DNA from: a virus
Direction: 5' to 3' (one strand)
IMG/VR virus record: IMGVR_UViG_3300034019_000950
Location: 1 to 64,000 of that record
DNA: 64,000 nucleotides
Positions 48,401 through 57,523 of the stretch are shown piece after piece. The position numbers and the translations under genes are program-made. Numbering within the stretch: position 1 is the stretch's first letter; each line of letters opens with the position of its first letter. A model generated the notes under the pieces. The model was not told the DNA's origin. It was given only the letters and a program-made list of their open reading frames with translations, and made no database searches.

Positions 48401-50374
48401 ACCGGCCTCCACGAAAGTGTCGTAGTCATTGATCGCAATATTGAGCTTGTCAAGCTGACGCTTGCTGTTGGCAAGTTCACGCTGCGCATCCATCTGCGTA
48501 GTCTTGAAGCTCGCCGCTGCAGCGTCTGCTTGTGATGTACCGTCATACTGAAGCTGCAACGCGGTGGCGTGGTCAAGCACAACCTTTGTGCCATTCATGG
48601 TGGCAGTGAACAGCTGACCACTTGACAAGCCGGCTTGGATGGTTGCGCTGTCAAGACCCTGCAACCGCTGGATCTGTTGCTCCAGACTCACGTTTAGCGT
48701 GTTTTCTGTTTGCAGCAGCAGTTCCAGATTGCCCATGCGCAGGGCTTGCTGTGCAGCCAGCTCTGCTGCTGCCTGACGCTGCTTGTTTGCCCTTGCCTCC
48801 TGCTCTACAGCCAGCTTTTCCTCTGCTGCACGCAAGCGTTCCGTTGCCGCCTCAGCCTCTCTGCTCACTGTTGCAAAGTAGACCAGCCCCGCAATCAGGG
48901 TGCCGACCGCCGCAACCACAGCGTAGATGCCACCCGAAGCTGCGGTAAGAGACAGCATAAGAGTGCGAACACTGCCGCTAACCACGCCGATTGCGCTGGC
49001 GGCACTGCTCAACGATGCGACGAACACGCGCACACGATCTGCCGCCCACACAACGATCATCACCTTGGAGATCTGCAACAGCACGGGCAGTAGTCGTGCC
49101 AGCGTCTCGGTAGCCCCACGCACGCTCTTGATGAAGTCAATGAAGGTCGTAGCAATCATGGCCCGGTTGTCGCGCAGGTACGCCACCGCACGGCCGACCA
49201 TGTCCTCAAAGCTGCGGCCGATAGTGCCAGCCTCACGGTTGAACACCTGAGCGACGTAGGCGATTGTGTTCGCAACCTCGTCCAGCAGGTCCGCCATCGG
49301 ACCTTTCATGGTGTCGAACAGCGACAACATCAGCTCTTGGAAGGCAGACAACGCGATGTCAAGGCGCCCCTGCACCGTGTTCGTCATTGAGCCGTACAGT
49401 GCTTCTGCCTCACCTGCGCCATTCTTCATGGCATCCAGCAGCGTGTAGTATTCAGTCGTTCCGTCTGCGAACTGACGCGCAATGTTGGCGATGTTTGCGC
49501 CGCTACGCAGACCGAACACCTCCAACATATCGGTGGTCGTCATGGCTGCCTTGCCGACAGTCTCCATGATCTCTGCAAAGCTGTGTAGCTCAGGGTTGAT
49601 GTCCTCTGCCGTCAAACCATACTTTGCAAGCACCTTCCTTGATTCATCTGTAGCGTTGGCGGCTGCCGCCATCGACATACGGAAGTTGGTGCCGGCCATC
49701 GACCCTTCGAGGCCAAGGTTGCGGAACATGGCCAGCGCGGCGGTCGTTTCCTCCAACGCATAGCCAAAGCCTGCACCCACAGTGCCGCCGTACTTCATGG
49801 CCTCGCGCAAGCTGTCCACCTCAAACAGTGACTTGCGCAGAGCGATGCTGAACACGTCGGACACACGCCCGGCCTGGGTCGCGTCAAGCTGAAACTGAGA
49901 CAGCGTGGCTGCCGTCAGGGCGGTTGCGGTCGCCATATCGGTGCCCGCGCCACCAGCGAACAGCATGGCGGGGCCGGTGGATGCCAGCACCTCATTGACA
50001 CTCATTCCGGCCTGGGCCAGAAACTTCATAGCGTCTGCGGCTTCCGTAGCTGTGAACTTGGTGGACGCTCCAAGCTCCCGCGCTCTGTCCGTCAGTCGCT
50101 CCAGATCATTGTCACTTGCGTTAGCGATCGCTCCTACGTTCGTAATCGCCTGCTCAAAGTCAATGCCGGTCTTGACAGTGGCAACGCCGAACGCTGCCAT
50201 CGCCGCACCAGCAGCCGCCAGTGCGCCGGTTACAGCTTTATCAAGCGCGCCACCGAACATGAGACTGGTCTGCTGCAGCTGTTCCAGGGCCGCAGTCGCG
50301 GACTTGACGCCACCCTTGAAGTTGGTGTCATCAAGTCCAAGCTCAACAAGCAGCTTGCCGATGGTGCTTGCCAT
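45461..50374 (-). CDS. tape measure protein (TP901 family)
   Basis: 1637 aa; FEQAI..V.A, T.FTATEAA, G..GS.AGT core; coiled coil and Leu-Pro repeats. Confidence 0.95.
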   Translation of the reverse strand: MASTIGKLLVELGLDDTNFKGGVKSATAALEQLQQTSLMFGGALDKAVTGALAAAGAAMAAFGVATVKTGIDFEQAITNVGAIANASDNDLERLTDRARELGASTKFTATEAADAMKFLAQAGMSVNEVLASTGPAMLFAGGAGTDMATATALTAATLSQFQLDATQAGRVSDVFSIALRKSLFEVDSLREAMKYGGTVGAGFGYALEETTAALAMFRNLGLEGSMAGTNFRMSMAAAANATDESRKVLAKYGLTAEDINPELHSFAEIMETVGKAAMTTTDMLEVFGLRSGANIANIARQFADGTTEYYTLLDAMKNGAGEAEALYGSMTNTVQGRLDIALSAFQELMLSLFDTMKGPMADLLDEVANTIAYVAQVFNREAGTIGRSFEDMVGRAVAYLRDNRAMIATTFIDFIKSVRGATETLARLLPVLLQISKVMIVVWAADRVRVFVASLSSAASAIGVVSGSVRTLMLSLTAASGGIYAVVAAVGTLIAGLVYFATVSREAEAATERLRAAEEKLAVEQEARANKQRQAAAELAAQQALRMGNLELLLQTENTLNVSLEQQIQRLQGLDSATIQAGLSSGQLFTATMNGTKVVLDHATALQLQYDGTSQADAAAASFKTTQMDAQRELANSKRQLDKLNIAINDYDTFVEAGGNETVAYKGVLSTFGATVEEVRKRQEDLGQQVKDAQAKIEGLAQGAELAAQALAKKEIAAELAAKKTAMMGDVDEQSARQARDASEEWRRAYEARVRAVQKAEDDIARRRAKASEQAAIELRLQLEELNRLFDAEVLAYGKQTDKIRAAELERARIVAVVRADAARQQQEEQEAVLKQLREALAAAGRDEADREAFELQSRINTRREALRLEFEQELALYERGATERLDVLLRFMQARTKLEEVEAAEAQQRVRDTYTRINQIIEQLQLSDAEAQMNELQRIELERLRTLVESANATGRQVAEINAVYDQRVLNQKRALSEEVRMLTAGDYRRVYELEKERDQLLSRLAEDQLAEREAVIAYYNAAIADALAKAEEGVDTFGDVAKQVMENVRAAAVDVARAIGIGIGKAAMGVLTLFEELTGFSFSLSDAMEKAKKGMEEVAALQEQLAAGEISVDEYEEKLAALPMTAVAGAEAYVTELVNGASELLATFVEAAPAALEALANQLPSLLQQFADALPMLASTLAQAAGQLASAIIAELPAIIGALADSVVLLVQALIEDLPLIVDQLVASLQAALPSLLRAVLAVVDLVPVLVGAVARALPQLVQALMQVLQALVPALVDAAIGVVGAVVLELPRIIQALTAGALQLVAMLIAEVPRLVLAVVDMLPAIVAGLMQAATMLILELVRQLPSIIENLLMATTDIVVGIIAMLPRLIAAIIIMLPDLIVAVVRLIPAIILGIARALPQIVTAVINLIPTFIVAFITQFVPAFIKALPVILYEVTVGLLLAIGQALGYLARGIGEAIVLGLQKLVQFFRDVLAEIFTLGKAETATFGDTPGAVKAGAEGMAARFAPGDYIIAAQRPADLLQQALDAMRGQLANGLAPAARGYLPGEVEVPAAAGLASAMLQAATAMQGAAGGGGGGMGGQRVQVVVQANGRTLDEVLFTAGQRGEAPRLQRELRRTTLRAGVHVGFDRGKF

Positions 50375-50422
50375 GCCCGCGCCCCTTGTTCATCGTATCG
50401 CGCGAGGGCGCAAGATGCGTGC

Positions 50423-50806
50423 CTACACGTCCTCTACCGGAAGCCCAAGGGCTGCCAGCTGTGATGCCAGATCACGCTTCTGCTTACCTGCACCCTCCTG
50501 CTTATTATCAACCCTTGCGGCGCGCGGCTTCGCTTGCTTCTTTACCTTGCCTCCAAGCGCCGAGCTGATGGCACCCATGACAAGGTTCGCTTGCTCTGCC
50601 TTGTAGGCTACGACGCACTGGCTGACAACCTGTAACTGCTGCCACGTTAGACCAAGAACGTCGTCAAGCGTCCAGCCGCTTGCGAACAACATGCCAAGTC
50701 CCTGCTGTAGCTGCTCAATCGTCAGCCCGGCACCTTCACGTTCATGCCGCTGGCGATCACCTGCACCCCCTGCCCCAGCCTCCGAACGAAACGCTCCGAG
50801 AAAGGG
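50423..50806 (-). CDS. tail assembly chaperone, -1 frameshift extension (T part)
   Basis: -1 frame open from slippery C CCT TTC (50806-50800) through ORF 50423..50692. Confidence 0.75.
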   Translation of the reverse strand, partial: PFLGAFRSEAGAGGAGDRQRHEREGAGLTIEQLQQGLGMLFASGWTLDDVLGLTWQQLQVVSQCVVAYKAEQANLVMGAISSALGGKVKKQAKPRAARVDNKQEGAGKQKRDLASQLAALGLPVEDV

Positions 50807-51216
50807 ACGAGGGACACAGCCAGCTCCTCGATCGCCAGCGCGTCAAGCGGGTCACGGCCACCAAGCGCATCCGGGTAGGCTTCACTGAACGCCTTGCCCA
50901 GTAGATCGGCCACCTGTTCGTCGGTAGCCAGCTGCACCACTGCGTCCACCAGCCCGGCAGTGCCAGAACCACGCACGAGCGCCACAGCGCCGGACAGCTG
51001 CGGAAGCTCGGCCATCTGCTTGATGGTACGGAACACCTGCACCTGCCGACGTGCAGAGATTGCGCCGGGAAGCGTGATGTCCTGGCCATCCACGGTGCGG
51101 ACGTGAAGCTGGTCAGGCGGCACAAGCTTGTCCAGCAGGGCCGACAGCTGCGCGTTGAAGTCGGAAGGCGAAAGAGTGTTGTCGGTGGTCTGGGCGTGGT
51201 TTTCGTTCTGGCTCAT
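50722..51216 (-). CDS. tail assembly chaperone (G)
   Basis: Between tail tube and tape measure; AGGAGG RBS; slippery heptamer near 3' end. Confidence 0.8.
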   Translation of the reverse strand: MSQNENHAQTTDNTLSPSDFNAQLSALLDKLVPPDQLHVRTVDGQDITLPGAISARRQVQVFRTIKQMAELPQLSGAVALVRGSGTAGLVDAVVQLATDEQVADLLGKAFSEAYPDALGGRDPLDALAIEELAVSLVPFSERFVRRLGQGVQVIASGMNVKVPG

Positions 51217-51338
51217 GTGCACCTCCTACGGCGTCGCCGCGACTGTATCACGGGTGCACACAGGCCGGAACGCAAGAGCGGCGCAGTGTGGCATGGTTTG
51301 CCACCCCTGCGCCGCTTGGAACGCACCACCAGATCAGA

Positions 51339-51890
51339 TCAAAGCTGACGCTCCAGCTTGATCAGCTGAACACGCGGTCCCAGCGTGGCGCCGTTCCAGT
51401 CCGTGTTGGAGCGCAGCGCGGTGTAGGAATACTCGAACTGGTGCTCATCCTGGCCGAGCGGCAGGTTCAGCCCCATGTCCGAGCTGGCCTTCCACACGTA
51501 CACGTTCATGGTGTTGCCGGTCACAGCCATGTAGTGCTGAATGTGCAACGCGCACTCGGTGACGATGGGATCACCACCAAAGCTGAACGTCTCCGCGCTG
51601 CCGGAAACGGTCGTGGTGCCTGCACCCATTGCGCGAGCAAAGTTGTCGAAGTTCCACTCGATGCCCGTGACCGTCACCTTCGCGCCCTGGGTCTGGCTGA
51701 AGTTGTAGACGGGGATCTTGGGGTTGCCCTGGGAGATGTACCGCTTTTCGCTGGTGATCTCGATGCTGACGCCATCCTCGGTGATGGAGCCGACATCGAC
51801 GGTCGGGGTCGCTCCAGCGACGCCGAGGTACAGTACGGCAGGGCCGAAGCTGATGTCGTTGGTCGTGACTGTAGGAATGTTGAACGGCAC
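51339..51890 (-). CDS. major tail tube protein
   Basis: 183 aa beta-rich, FGPAVLY...DVG...GV; synteny. Confidence 0.8.
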   Translation of the reverse strand: MPFNIPTVTTNDISFGPAVLYLGVAGATPTVDVGSITEDGVSIEITSEKRYISQGNPKIPVYNFSQTQGAKVTVTGIEWNFDNFARAMGAGTTTVSGSAETFSFGGDPIVTECALHIQHYMAVTGNTMNVYVWKASSDMGLNLPLGQDEHQFEYSYTALRSNTDWNGATLGPRVQLIKLERQL

Positions 51891-51991
51891 GGGTGCCTCC
51901 CTTGCATTGTGTGCTTGATGCTTGGCACCGCTCGCGCCTTCCAGCGTCTACTGCGGGATAACCGCACGTTATCACAGACCAGCGCCCTGGG

Positions 51992-52336
51992 CTATGGCCT
52001 ACGCGCATCCTCCAACCTGTTGCGCTGACCGCAGCGACGGCACGGCACTTCCACCACACCACCAGCGCCGGGCCGCACGTAGCAGATGAAATCCTTGTAG
52101 CGCACGCGCAGCTCGTCCGACTTCTCATCGTAGATGCCAAGTCGTGCTGCACAGCTTGCGCACGACCACACCGTATCGCGCATCGTGGTGGCCTCGTCAG
52201 TGTCGCCACCACCACCGCTATTGGAAGTGGCAGCAGCCACCATCGCAAGCTGGCCGGAAAGACCCTGGACGGCCGCTTGCAGCTCGTCGATCACCACTTC
52301 CAGTCGATGAATGCGTGCGTCAGCGTTGGCTGCCAT
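51992..52336 (-). CDS. coiled coil plus Com-like zinc ribbon protein
   Basis: CASC...LG ... CRRCG..N. Confidence 0.6.
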   Translation of the reverse strand: MAANADARIHRLEVVIDELQAAVQGLSGQLAMVAAATSNSGGGGDTDEATTMRDTVWSCASCAARLGIYDEKSDELRVRYKDFICYVRPGAGGVVEVPCRRCGQRNRLEDARRP

Positions 52337-52523
52337 TCTGCACCCCCAGCCGCACAGTGCGGCCACACGCGTCACAGCACAGGGCCGTATCGGTGCCATC
52401 CCCACGGGCACGCGCGGCCGTAATGGGGGCGGGTAGCGTTGCCAGCGTGGCCCCACAGGCGCACCGCAGCCGCAAGGCTGGCCCCGCCGGGGCATTGCTG
52501 GCCTGCCAATCATGCGTCCTCAT
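52320..52523 (-). CDS. small zinc-ribbon protein
   Basis: RCACG..LA ... CDACG; AGGAG RBS. Confidence 0.5.
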   Translation of the reverse strand: MRTHDWQASNAPAGPALRLRCACGATLATLPAPITAARARGDGTDTALCCDACGRTVRLGVQNGSQR

Positions 52524-52957
52524 TGTCCACTCCTGTAACTTACGCGCATCGTCCACTGTCCACGCACGTAGTAAGCCCGCGTCAGTTCATTCCATCCATC
52601 GTCTGGCCGCTCTGCTTCTACACAATAGCCGGCCACCGATATGCCATCCCTTCTCAACAGCTGGTGCTGCAGCGCGGCGGCACACGCATCATAGACCCGT
52701 GCCGCCAGACCGGAGCTATCTCTGCTGTATGCGTAAACGTCCACCCTGATGGCCTGATAGGTGCTTGTTGGTCCCGTTCTACCAGTGATTAGCTCAAACA
52801 CGACCAGCGGATAGAGCGCGTTCACGGCATCCGGTGTTTGCAGGTGAGCGCCGTGCACCTGCGCGCCCACAAGTGCGCTAACAGCCGCATCTGTAAGCAG
52901 ATGGCTGCGAAGCAAAAGCTTGACCTGCTCGATGCTCGGTGCGGGACTAAGGGACAT
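52520..52957 (-). CDS. tail terminator (DUF3168-like)
   Basis: L.D.AV.ALVG..V, YP.VVF, RVDVYA; synteny. Confidence 0.7.
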   Translation of the reverse strand: MSLSPAPSIEQVKLLLRSHLLTDAAVSALVGAQVHGAHLQTPDAVNALYPLVVFELITGRTGPTSTYQAIRVDVYAYSRDSSGLAARVYDACAAALQHQLLRRDGISVAGYCVEAERPDDGWNELTRAYYVRGQWTMRVSYRSGQ

Positions 52958-53492
52958 TGGGTCCTCCACTACCGAAACGGATGCCAGCCTGGGTGCGTAG
53001 CTCGGCACCCATCACCAGCACAAATGCACGCAGCAATGCTGGTCGCAAAGCCGGATCGCTTACCGTCCACCACAACACGTCACGCCCCTGCATGACGCGC
53101 GTTCCTTCCACAACCCACGGAGCGTGGGTTGGAACCTGCACCATCCAGCCGACTAAGTAGTATGGGCGTGAACCGCCACCACCACCAGCACGAAACTTCA
53201 GAAGGCCCTGCAGCCGTGCGGCCATCAGGCCAGTGCGCTCATGGACGACGTGCGGCTGACTGGGATGAATGTTGATTGAGCCATGACGCTTTGCGTATGG
53301 GTGATCCATGCGGCGCAGCTGCGCAAGGCTGTGGTCATTGCGTGTAAGGTTGGCATATACCGCCGTCATCGCGACTCCACCAACCTTGGTCAATGCCCTG
53401 CCAGCCGCCGCACGGATGAACTTGTCTTTCAGATCACGGAGGTTGATGACCGTTGCCTCGATCCCAACCACACGTGTCTTGTCACGTGGCAT
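52947..53492 (-). CDS. HK97 gp10-like neck protein
   Basis: Basic; RTG.M, APWVVEGTRVM..R motif. Confidence 0.65.
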   Translation of the reverse strand: MPRDKTRVVGIEATVINLRDLKDKFIRAAAGRALTKVGGVAMTAVYANLTRNDHSLAQLRRMDHPYAKRHGSINIHPSQPHVVHERTGLMAARLQGLLKFRAGGGGGSRPYYLVGWMVQVPTHAPWVVEGTRVMQGRDVLWWTVSDPALRPALLRAFVLVMGAELRTQAGIRFGSGGPNVP

Positions 53493-56310
53493 CCTTGCCG
53501 CCCTCACCAACAGTATGCGGCGAGGTCAATGCCGCGTCCAGTGCATCCAGCAAGCTGTGCAGATCCACACCATCCGGCACCGCCGTCCGGCCCGCGCCCA
53601 ACACGGGCTGGTCAGGCGCGTGCTCGCGCAGCCACCCGTGCATTGCTTCGACCTGCGGCATCAGTGTGTGTGCGGGCGCGAGCCTTCGCTGAGCCTCACC
53701 AACAAGCAGGCGAGCGGCCCGTAGATGGTAAAGCGCCGCCTCACGGAAAGGCAGGTAGCCGGTGCCCGCGCAGCGCATTGCGGCTTCGTAGCACTCCCAC
53801 TGCTCGGCACGTCGCCCGTCGTTGCCGTATTGCAAGCCCAGGCTCACCCACGCGCCAGGGCTTGCCGGCTCGTCGGCAATCTGCTTGACCAACAGGCGCG
53901 TGTACCTTTCCAGCTTCCCCTGCATCGCATCGGGTCCGCCGGCCAGCCCACGGTGATCAACCGTAAAGGGCGCATAGCGCACCTGCGGGTGGATGCCGCG
54001 CCGACCCAGCTCGGCCATGCCGCGCTCCAAAGTCTCATGGACGCGGAAGTTGAAGCGGAGGATGCCACCGGCAAGCCGGAACAGCCGAGTATTCTCAGAC
54101 CAGTTCCACTGCCCGTCTGCTCGCCAGTTGCGGAAGCGGAACATCCACGCCCAGCTGTCCGTGACCTCAACCATGCGGCGCAGCGCCACCGTGGCCAGGA
54201 ACGTGCTCTCGTATTGCTCGTCCGGGTCCATCACAAGGCACCACGCGCATCCGTGCGCGCGCAGCCGGTCCACGCCCGCGTTCCGCGCCGTGCCCAGGTC
54301 GTCGTTCAGCGGCTGGTACACCCATTCGGCGCCGTAGCGCGCTGCCACGTACTGCACGTCGGCGCTGGGCGCGGTGCCCTCCGGGCCAGTCCACACCAGC
54401 ACCACATGATCGGCAAGTGCGTAGACGCTGTCGAGGTGACGATGCAGGTCGAACAGCTGCTCGCCAGCGTGCCACAGCATCGTAAAGCCGATGCCGTTGT
54501 CGGGCTGCCACGGGGCCAGCTGCATCCCTTCCTCTCTCACGAGGTGGTCGTACCCGCCACCGCCACTGGTGCGGCCTTGCGTGAGCACACTGTCAGGCTG
54601 CGCGTCCTTCTCGCGGTAGAAACGGAACTTGCGCAGCCGGTCGGCGTGGCGCAGGTAGCCATAGTGACGGAACCGCAGCGCCGCCACGCGCTTGGCGTTC
54701 TCGCCCGCGTCGGGCACGTTGCCGCAGTGCAGGCCGATGGCGTTGCCCGCCTGCACCTGCTGCACGCTCGGGTGCGTCACGCGCCACAGGCGGAACCCGC
54801 GCATCGAGCTGCGGTAGTCGGGGCCGCACCAGGGCACGTCCACGCGGCACAGGCGCGGGCTGTCCCAGTGGTTCGCCCAGCCCACGTCGTAGTGCGTGAC
54901 CAGCGGGTCAGGGTGTCGCATCCACTTCTGCAAAAGCTCGCGGTCAACGCGTTCCTCCACCACCTCATCGTGGTCCACCGACATCATCCAGTCGGGGGCC
55001 AGCTGCAGGCCCAGGCGGATCGCCGCGTTGCGCTCGTCGCGCTCGTTCCACTCGCCAGCCCACCCGCGCACCAGCACGGGAACCTCGCGCCCTGCACTGG
55101 CTTGCGCGAGATCGAAGGCGTACCGCTGCAGCGCATCGGCCTGTGCGTCCAGCGTGGCGCCCTGGCACGCATCCAACAGCGCCTGCTCGGCGGGCGGCAT
55201 CATGCCAGCCTGCCACTCCGGGCTGGCCAGCACGTCGGCGGGATTGCCGGTAAGCAGGATGGCCATGCCGTTCACCAGCTGCGCCGTGCGCCCCAAGCTC
55301 GCGCGCAGCATGGCAAGGTCGTTCGGCACGTGCAGCTTGACGCGCCACACCGCAACCAGCCGCTGCTCTCGGCTGGTGTACGCTTCCCAGGTGCGCAGGT
55401 ACGTCGGCAGGTTGGCCAGCCCGCGCTGCGCCTCGGGGAACACGCTGTCCAGCGTCTGGTGCCCCAGGTGGTGCACGTAGCAGTTCGTCGCGATGGCCAT
55501 GCGCCAGCCCAGCAGCTGCGCGCGCGCCGCGATGTCGTTGTCGTCGTACCCGCCCACGCCGTACTGCGGGCGCACAAGGCACACGCGACCCTCGTGCTGC
55601 TCCAGCAGCTGCAGCAGGCACTCGCGGTCATACAGCACGCACAGCCCGGACAGGAAGCTGGCCGCCATCGGGGTCCACCCGTTCTGCTCCGCGTAGCTGC
55701 CGGCGAACTGGTCCAGCATAGTGTCGGCGTCGGCGGTGAAGGCGCTGCCGGTGGGCAGCTTCACGTCGGGCGCGCGCACCTGCTGCATCCCCGCCACCAC
55801 GTTGGACACGGGGCCGACCATGCCGATCCGACCGTACCCGGCGACCGGGTGCGCAGGCGCCTGTAGGCCGTAGCCGGCCACCTCGCCCTGCAGCTTGATG
55901 TCGGGGCTGGTGAGCGCGCCGTGCAGCCGGTGCAGCCAGCTCGGCGTCACGCGCACGTCGTCGTTCATCACCACCACCGTAGGCGGAAGGCCACCGTGCT
56001 GCAGCGCGGCCTGGACGCCAGCGTTCACCGCGCCCGTCCAGCCGACAGGGCCGGGTAGCTGCACCCACTGCAGCTCCACCTGCTGCGGGCTGGTCGCGTT
56101 CGCCAGCTGCACCAGCGCCGACACCTGCTGGTGCAGCGCCTCGATGGTTCCGTCCTCCATCGCCTGCGGCAGCGGATTCACCACCAGCATCAGGCGCCAG
56201 CGATCAACCTGTGTGCAGCTGACCAGCCGCTGAACGCACGGCAGCACGAGGTCGGGGCGGCCCATCGTGGGCACGATGATGATGGCGTTGTTGGCGTCGT
56301 CGTGGTTCAT
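53482..56310 (-). CDS. multi-domain GT2 glycosyltransferase with C-terminal TPR-like region
   Basis: Three GT-A-like modules (NAG..MNDD..YDDND; RN...VDHDE..HYGY; ARNAG...MDPDE..VHE..H.G). Confidence 0.85.
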   Translation of the reverse strand: MNHDDANNAIIIVPTMGRPDLVLPCVQRLVSCTQVDRWRLMLVVNPLPQAMEDGTIEALHQQVSALVQLANATSPQQVELQWVQLPGPVGWTGAVNAGVQAALQHGGLPPTVVVMNDDVRVTPSWLHRLHGALTSPDIKLQGEVAGYGLQAPAHPVAGYGRIGMVGPVSNVVAGMQQVRAPDVKLPTGSAFTADADTMLDQFAGSYAEQNGWTPMAASFLSGLCVLYDRECLLQLLEQHEGRVCLVRPQYGVGGYDDNDIAARAQLLGWRMAIATNCYVHHLGHQTLDSVFPEAQRGLANLPTYLRTWEAYTSREQRLVAVWRVKLHVPNDLAMLRASLGRTAQLVNGMAILLTGNPADVLASPEWQAGMMPPAEQALLDACQGATLDAQADALQRYAFDLAQASAGREVPVLVRGWAGEWNERDERNAAIRLGLQLAPDWMMSVDHDEVVEERVDRELLQKWMRHPDPLVTHYDVGWANHWDSPRLCRVDVPWCGPDYRSSMRGFRLWRVTHPSVQQVQAGNAIGLHCGNVPDAGENAKRVAALRFRHYGYLRHADRLRKFRFYREKDAQPDSVLTQGRTSGGGGYDHLVREEGMQLAPWQPDNGIGFTMLWHAGEQLFDLHRHLDSVYALADHVVLVWTGPEGTAPSADVQYVAARYGAEWVYQPLNDDLGTARNAGVDRLRAHGCAWCLVMDPDEQYESTFLATVALRRMVEVTDSWAWMFRFRNWRADGQWNWSENTRLFRLAGGILRFNFRVHETLERGMAELGRRGIHPQVRYAPFTVDHRGLAGGPDAMQGKLERYTRLLVKQIADEPASPGAWVSLGLQYGNDGRRAEQWECYEAAMRCAGTGYLPFREAALYHLRAARLLVGEAQRRLAPAHTLMPQVEAMHGWLREHAPDQPVLGAGRTAVPDGVDLHSLLDALDAALTSPHTVGEGGKDAT

Positions 56311-56382
56311 GCTGGCTCCCCGCCTCCTGGGCGTGTGTGGGTGCACAGCGTATCTCACATCAGCCGGATTGTGAACGGCTGA

Positions 56383-57015
56383 TCACTTAGGACCGTAACG
56401 GTCTGCCCGGCAGTGCCAGTGATGCGGCCGGAAACCGAAGCCAACGCGGATCTCTCGCACACCACCTACAAGCCACTGGTCGCCAGTGTCATCTTCGATG
56501 AAGAAGTCCTGCGCGCTCGGTGCCCAAGTTTCCTCATAGTCAATAAGGAAGATTGCCGCATCTTCCTCCTTTGTGCCCTGATTGTAGACGGGCACCTTGA
56601 TCCAGCCTGACCATCCAAGCACTGCGGGCTTGCTTTCCGCCACGGTCACGAGCATGAACTGTGGCGTACCGTCCGCGCTCACTGCCTGCACGGAAACCGT
56701 TGGAATAACTGCTTCATTCGCAAGCCCTGTGGTCACCACACTTGTCAACGTCGCAAAACGCTTGGTAGAAACCTGAGTTCCGTTTGCTGCAAACGTCAGC
56801 GTTTCTGACTGTGAAGCACCACCCGGCGCTGTACCGACCAGCTGCACGGTTCCACTTCCAGTCGTTCCGTTTGCTACCGTGACCTGTAAGAACGCCTGAC
56901 CGAGCAAAGCGCGTGTCGGGGTCATGTTGGCCGCAGCTGGCGAAGCAACGAGAGCGAAAGCAGTCTTTCGCTGTACGGTGATGTAACGATTGGCACTGCT
57001 GCTAACCGTGCTCAC
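56383..57015 (-). CDS. putative head-closure/structural protein
   Basis: GTGA coupling; position after head-tail connector; C-terminal HH. Confidence 0.5.
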   Translation of the reverse strand: MSTVSSSANRYITVQRKTAFALVASPAAANMTPTRALLGQAFLQVTVANGTTGSGTVQLVGTAPGGASQSETLTFAANGTQVSTKRFATLTSVVTTGLANEAVIPTVSVQAVSADGTPQFMLVTVAESKPAVLGWSGWIKVPVYNQGTKEEDAAIFLIDYEETWAPSAQDFFIEDDTGDQWLVGGVREIRVGFGFRPHHWHCRADRYGPK

Positions 57016-57521
57016 GCCCGCACACCCCAAACGAAAGTGTCCAACCCGTTGCGCTCCAGTCGGCCATGCAGGCTCGACCACTCGCACTCTTTCCGCAAGA
57101 CTTCCAGCATCTCGTCAGGATCACGCCCACCGTAGTATCCCGGCGTTGGACTATCCTCCAGATGATGCTCGGGGCGCGCCCGGCTCGCGCAGCTGAACGC
57201 CAGCAGGCCGCCCGGCCGCAGGTGCGCCGCCGCCGCCTGCAGGGTCTGCTGCCAGAACGGGTCGTGCTCCAGCATCTCCGTGGATACCACCACGTCCACG
57301 GGGCCGCCCTCGGGCGGGTGCTCGTGGGCGATGCCCACCACGTCCACGCCAGCGCCCGCATAAGCGTCGATGCCCAGGTAGTACGACGGGGCCGGGAACA
57401 GCCGGCGCGGGCTGCCGTTGATGTCGCGGCTGCCGTATTCCAGCACCCGCGCGCCCGGCGCGAACAGTGCGGGATGCGCAAGGCGCAGCCCCTGCAGCCA
57501 ATCCATCACGGTGCTGTGCAT
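57012..57521 (-). CDS. class I SAM-dependent methyltransferase
   Basis: VLEYGS.DING, GID...G.GVDVV, EMLEHD, LRPGG. Confidence 0.85.
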   Translation of the reverse strand: MHSTVMDWLQGLRLAHPALFAPGARVLEYGSRDINGSPRRLFPAPSYYLGIDAYAGAGVDVVGIAHEHPPEGGPVDVVVSTEMLEHDPFWQQTLQAAAAHLRPGGLLAFSCASRARPEHHLEDSPTPGYYGGRDPDEMLEVLRKECEWSSLHGRLERNGLDTFVWGVRA

Positions 57522-57523
57522 AA

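Noticed and set aside
57012-57521. Methyltransferase as the DNA C5-methylase feeding TET
   Set aside because: Lacks the PC and ENV motifs of C5-MTases; small class I enzyme in a sugar-modification context
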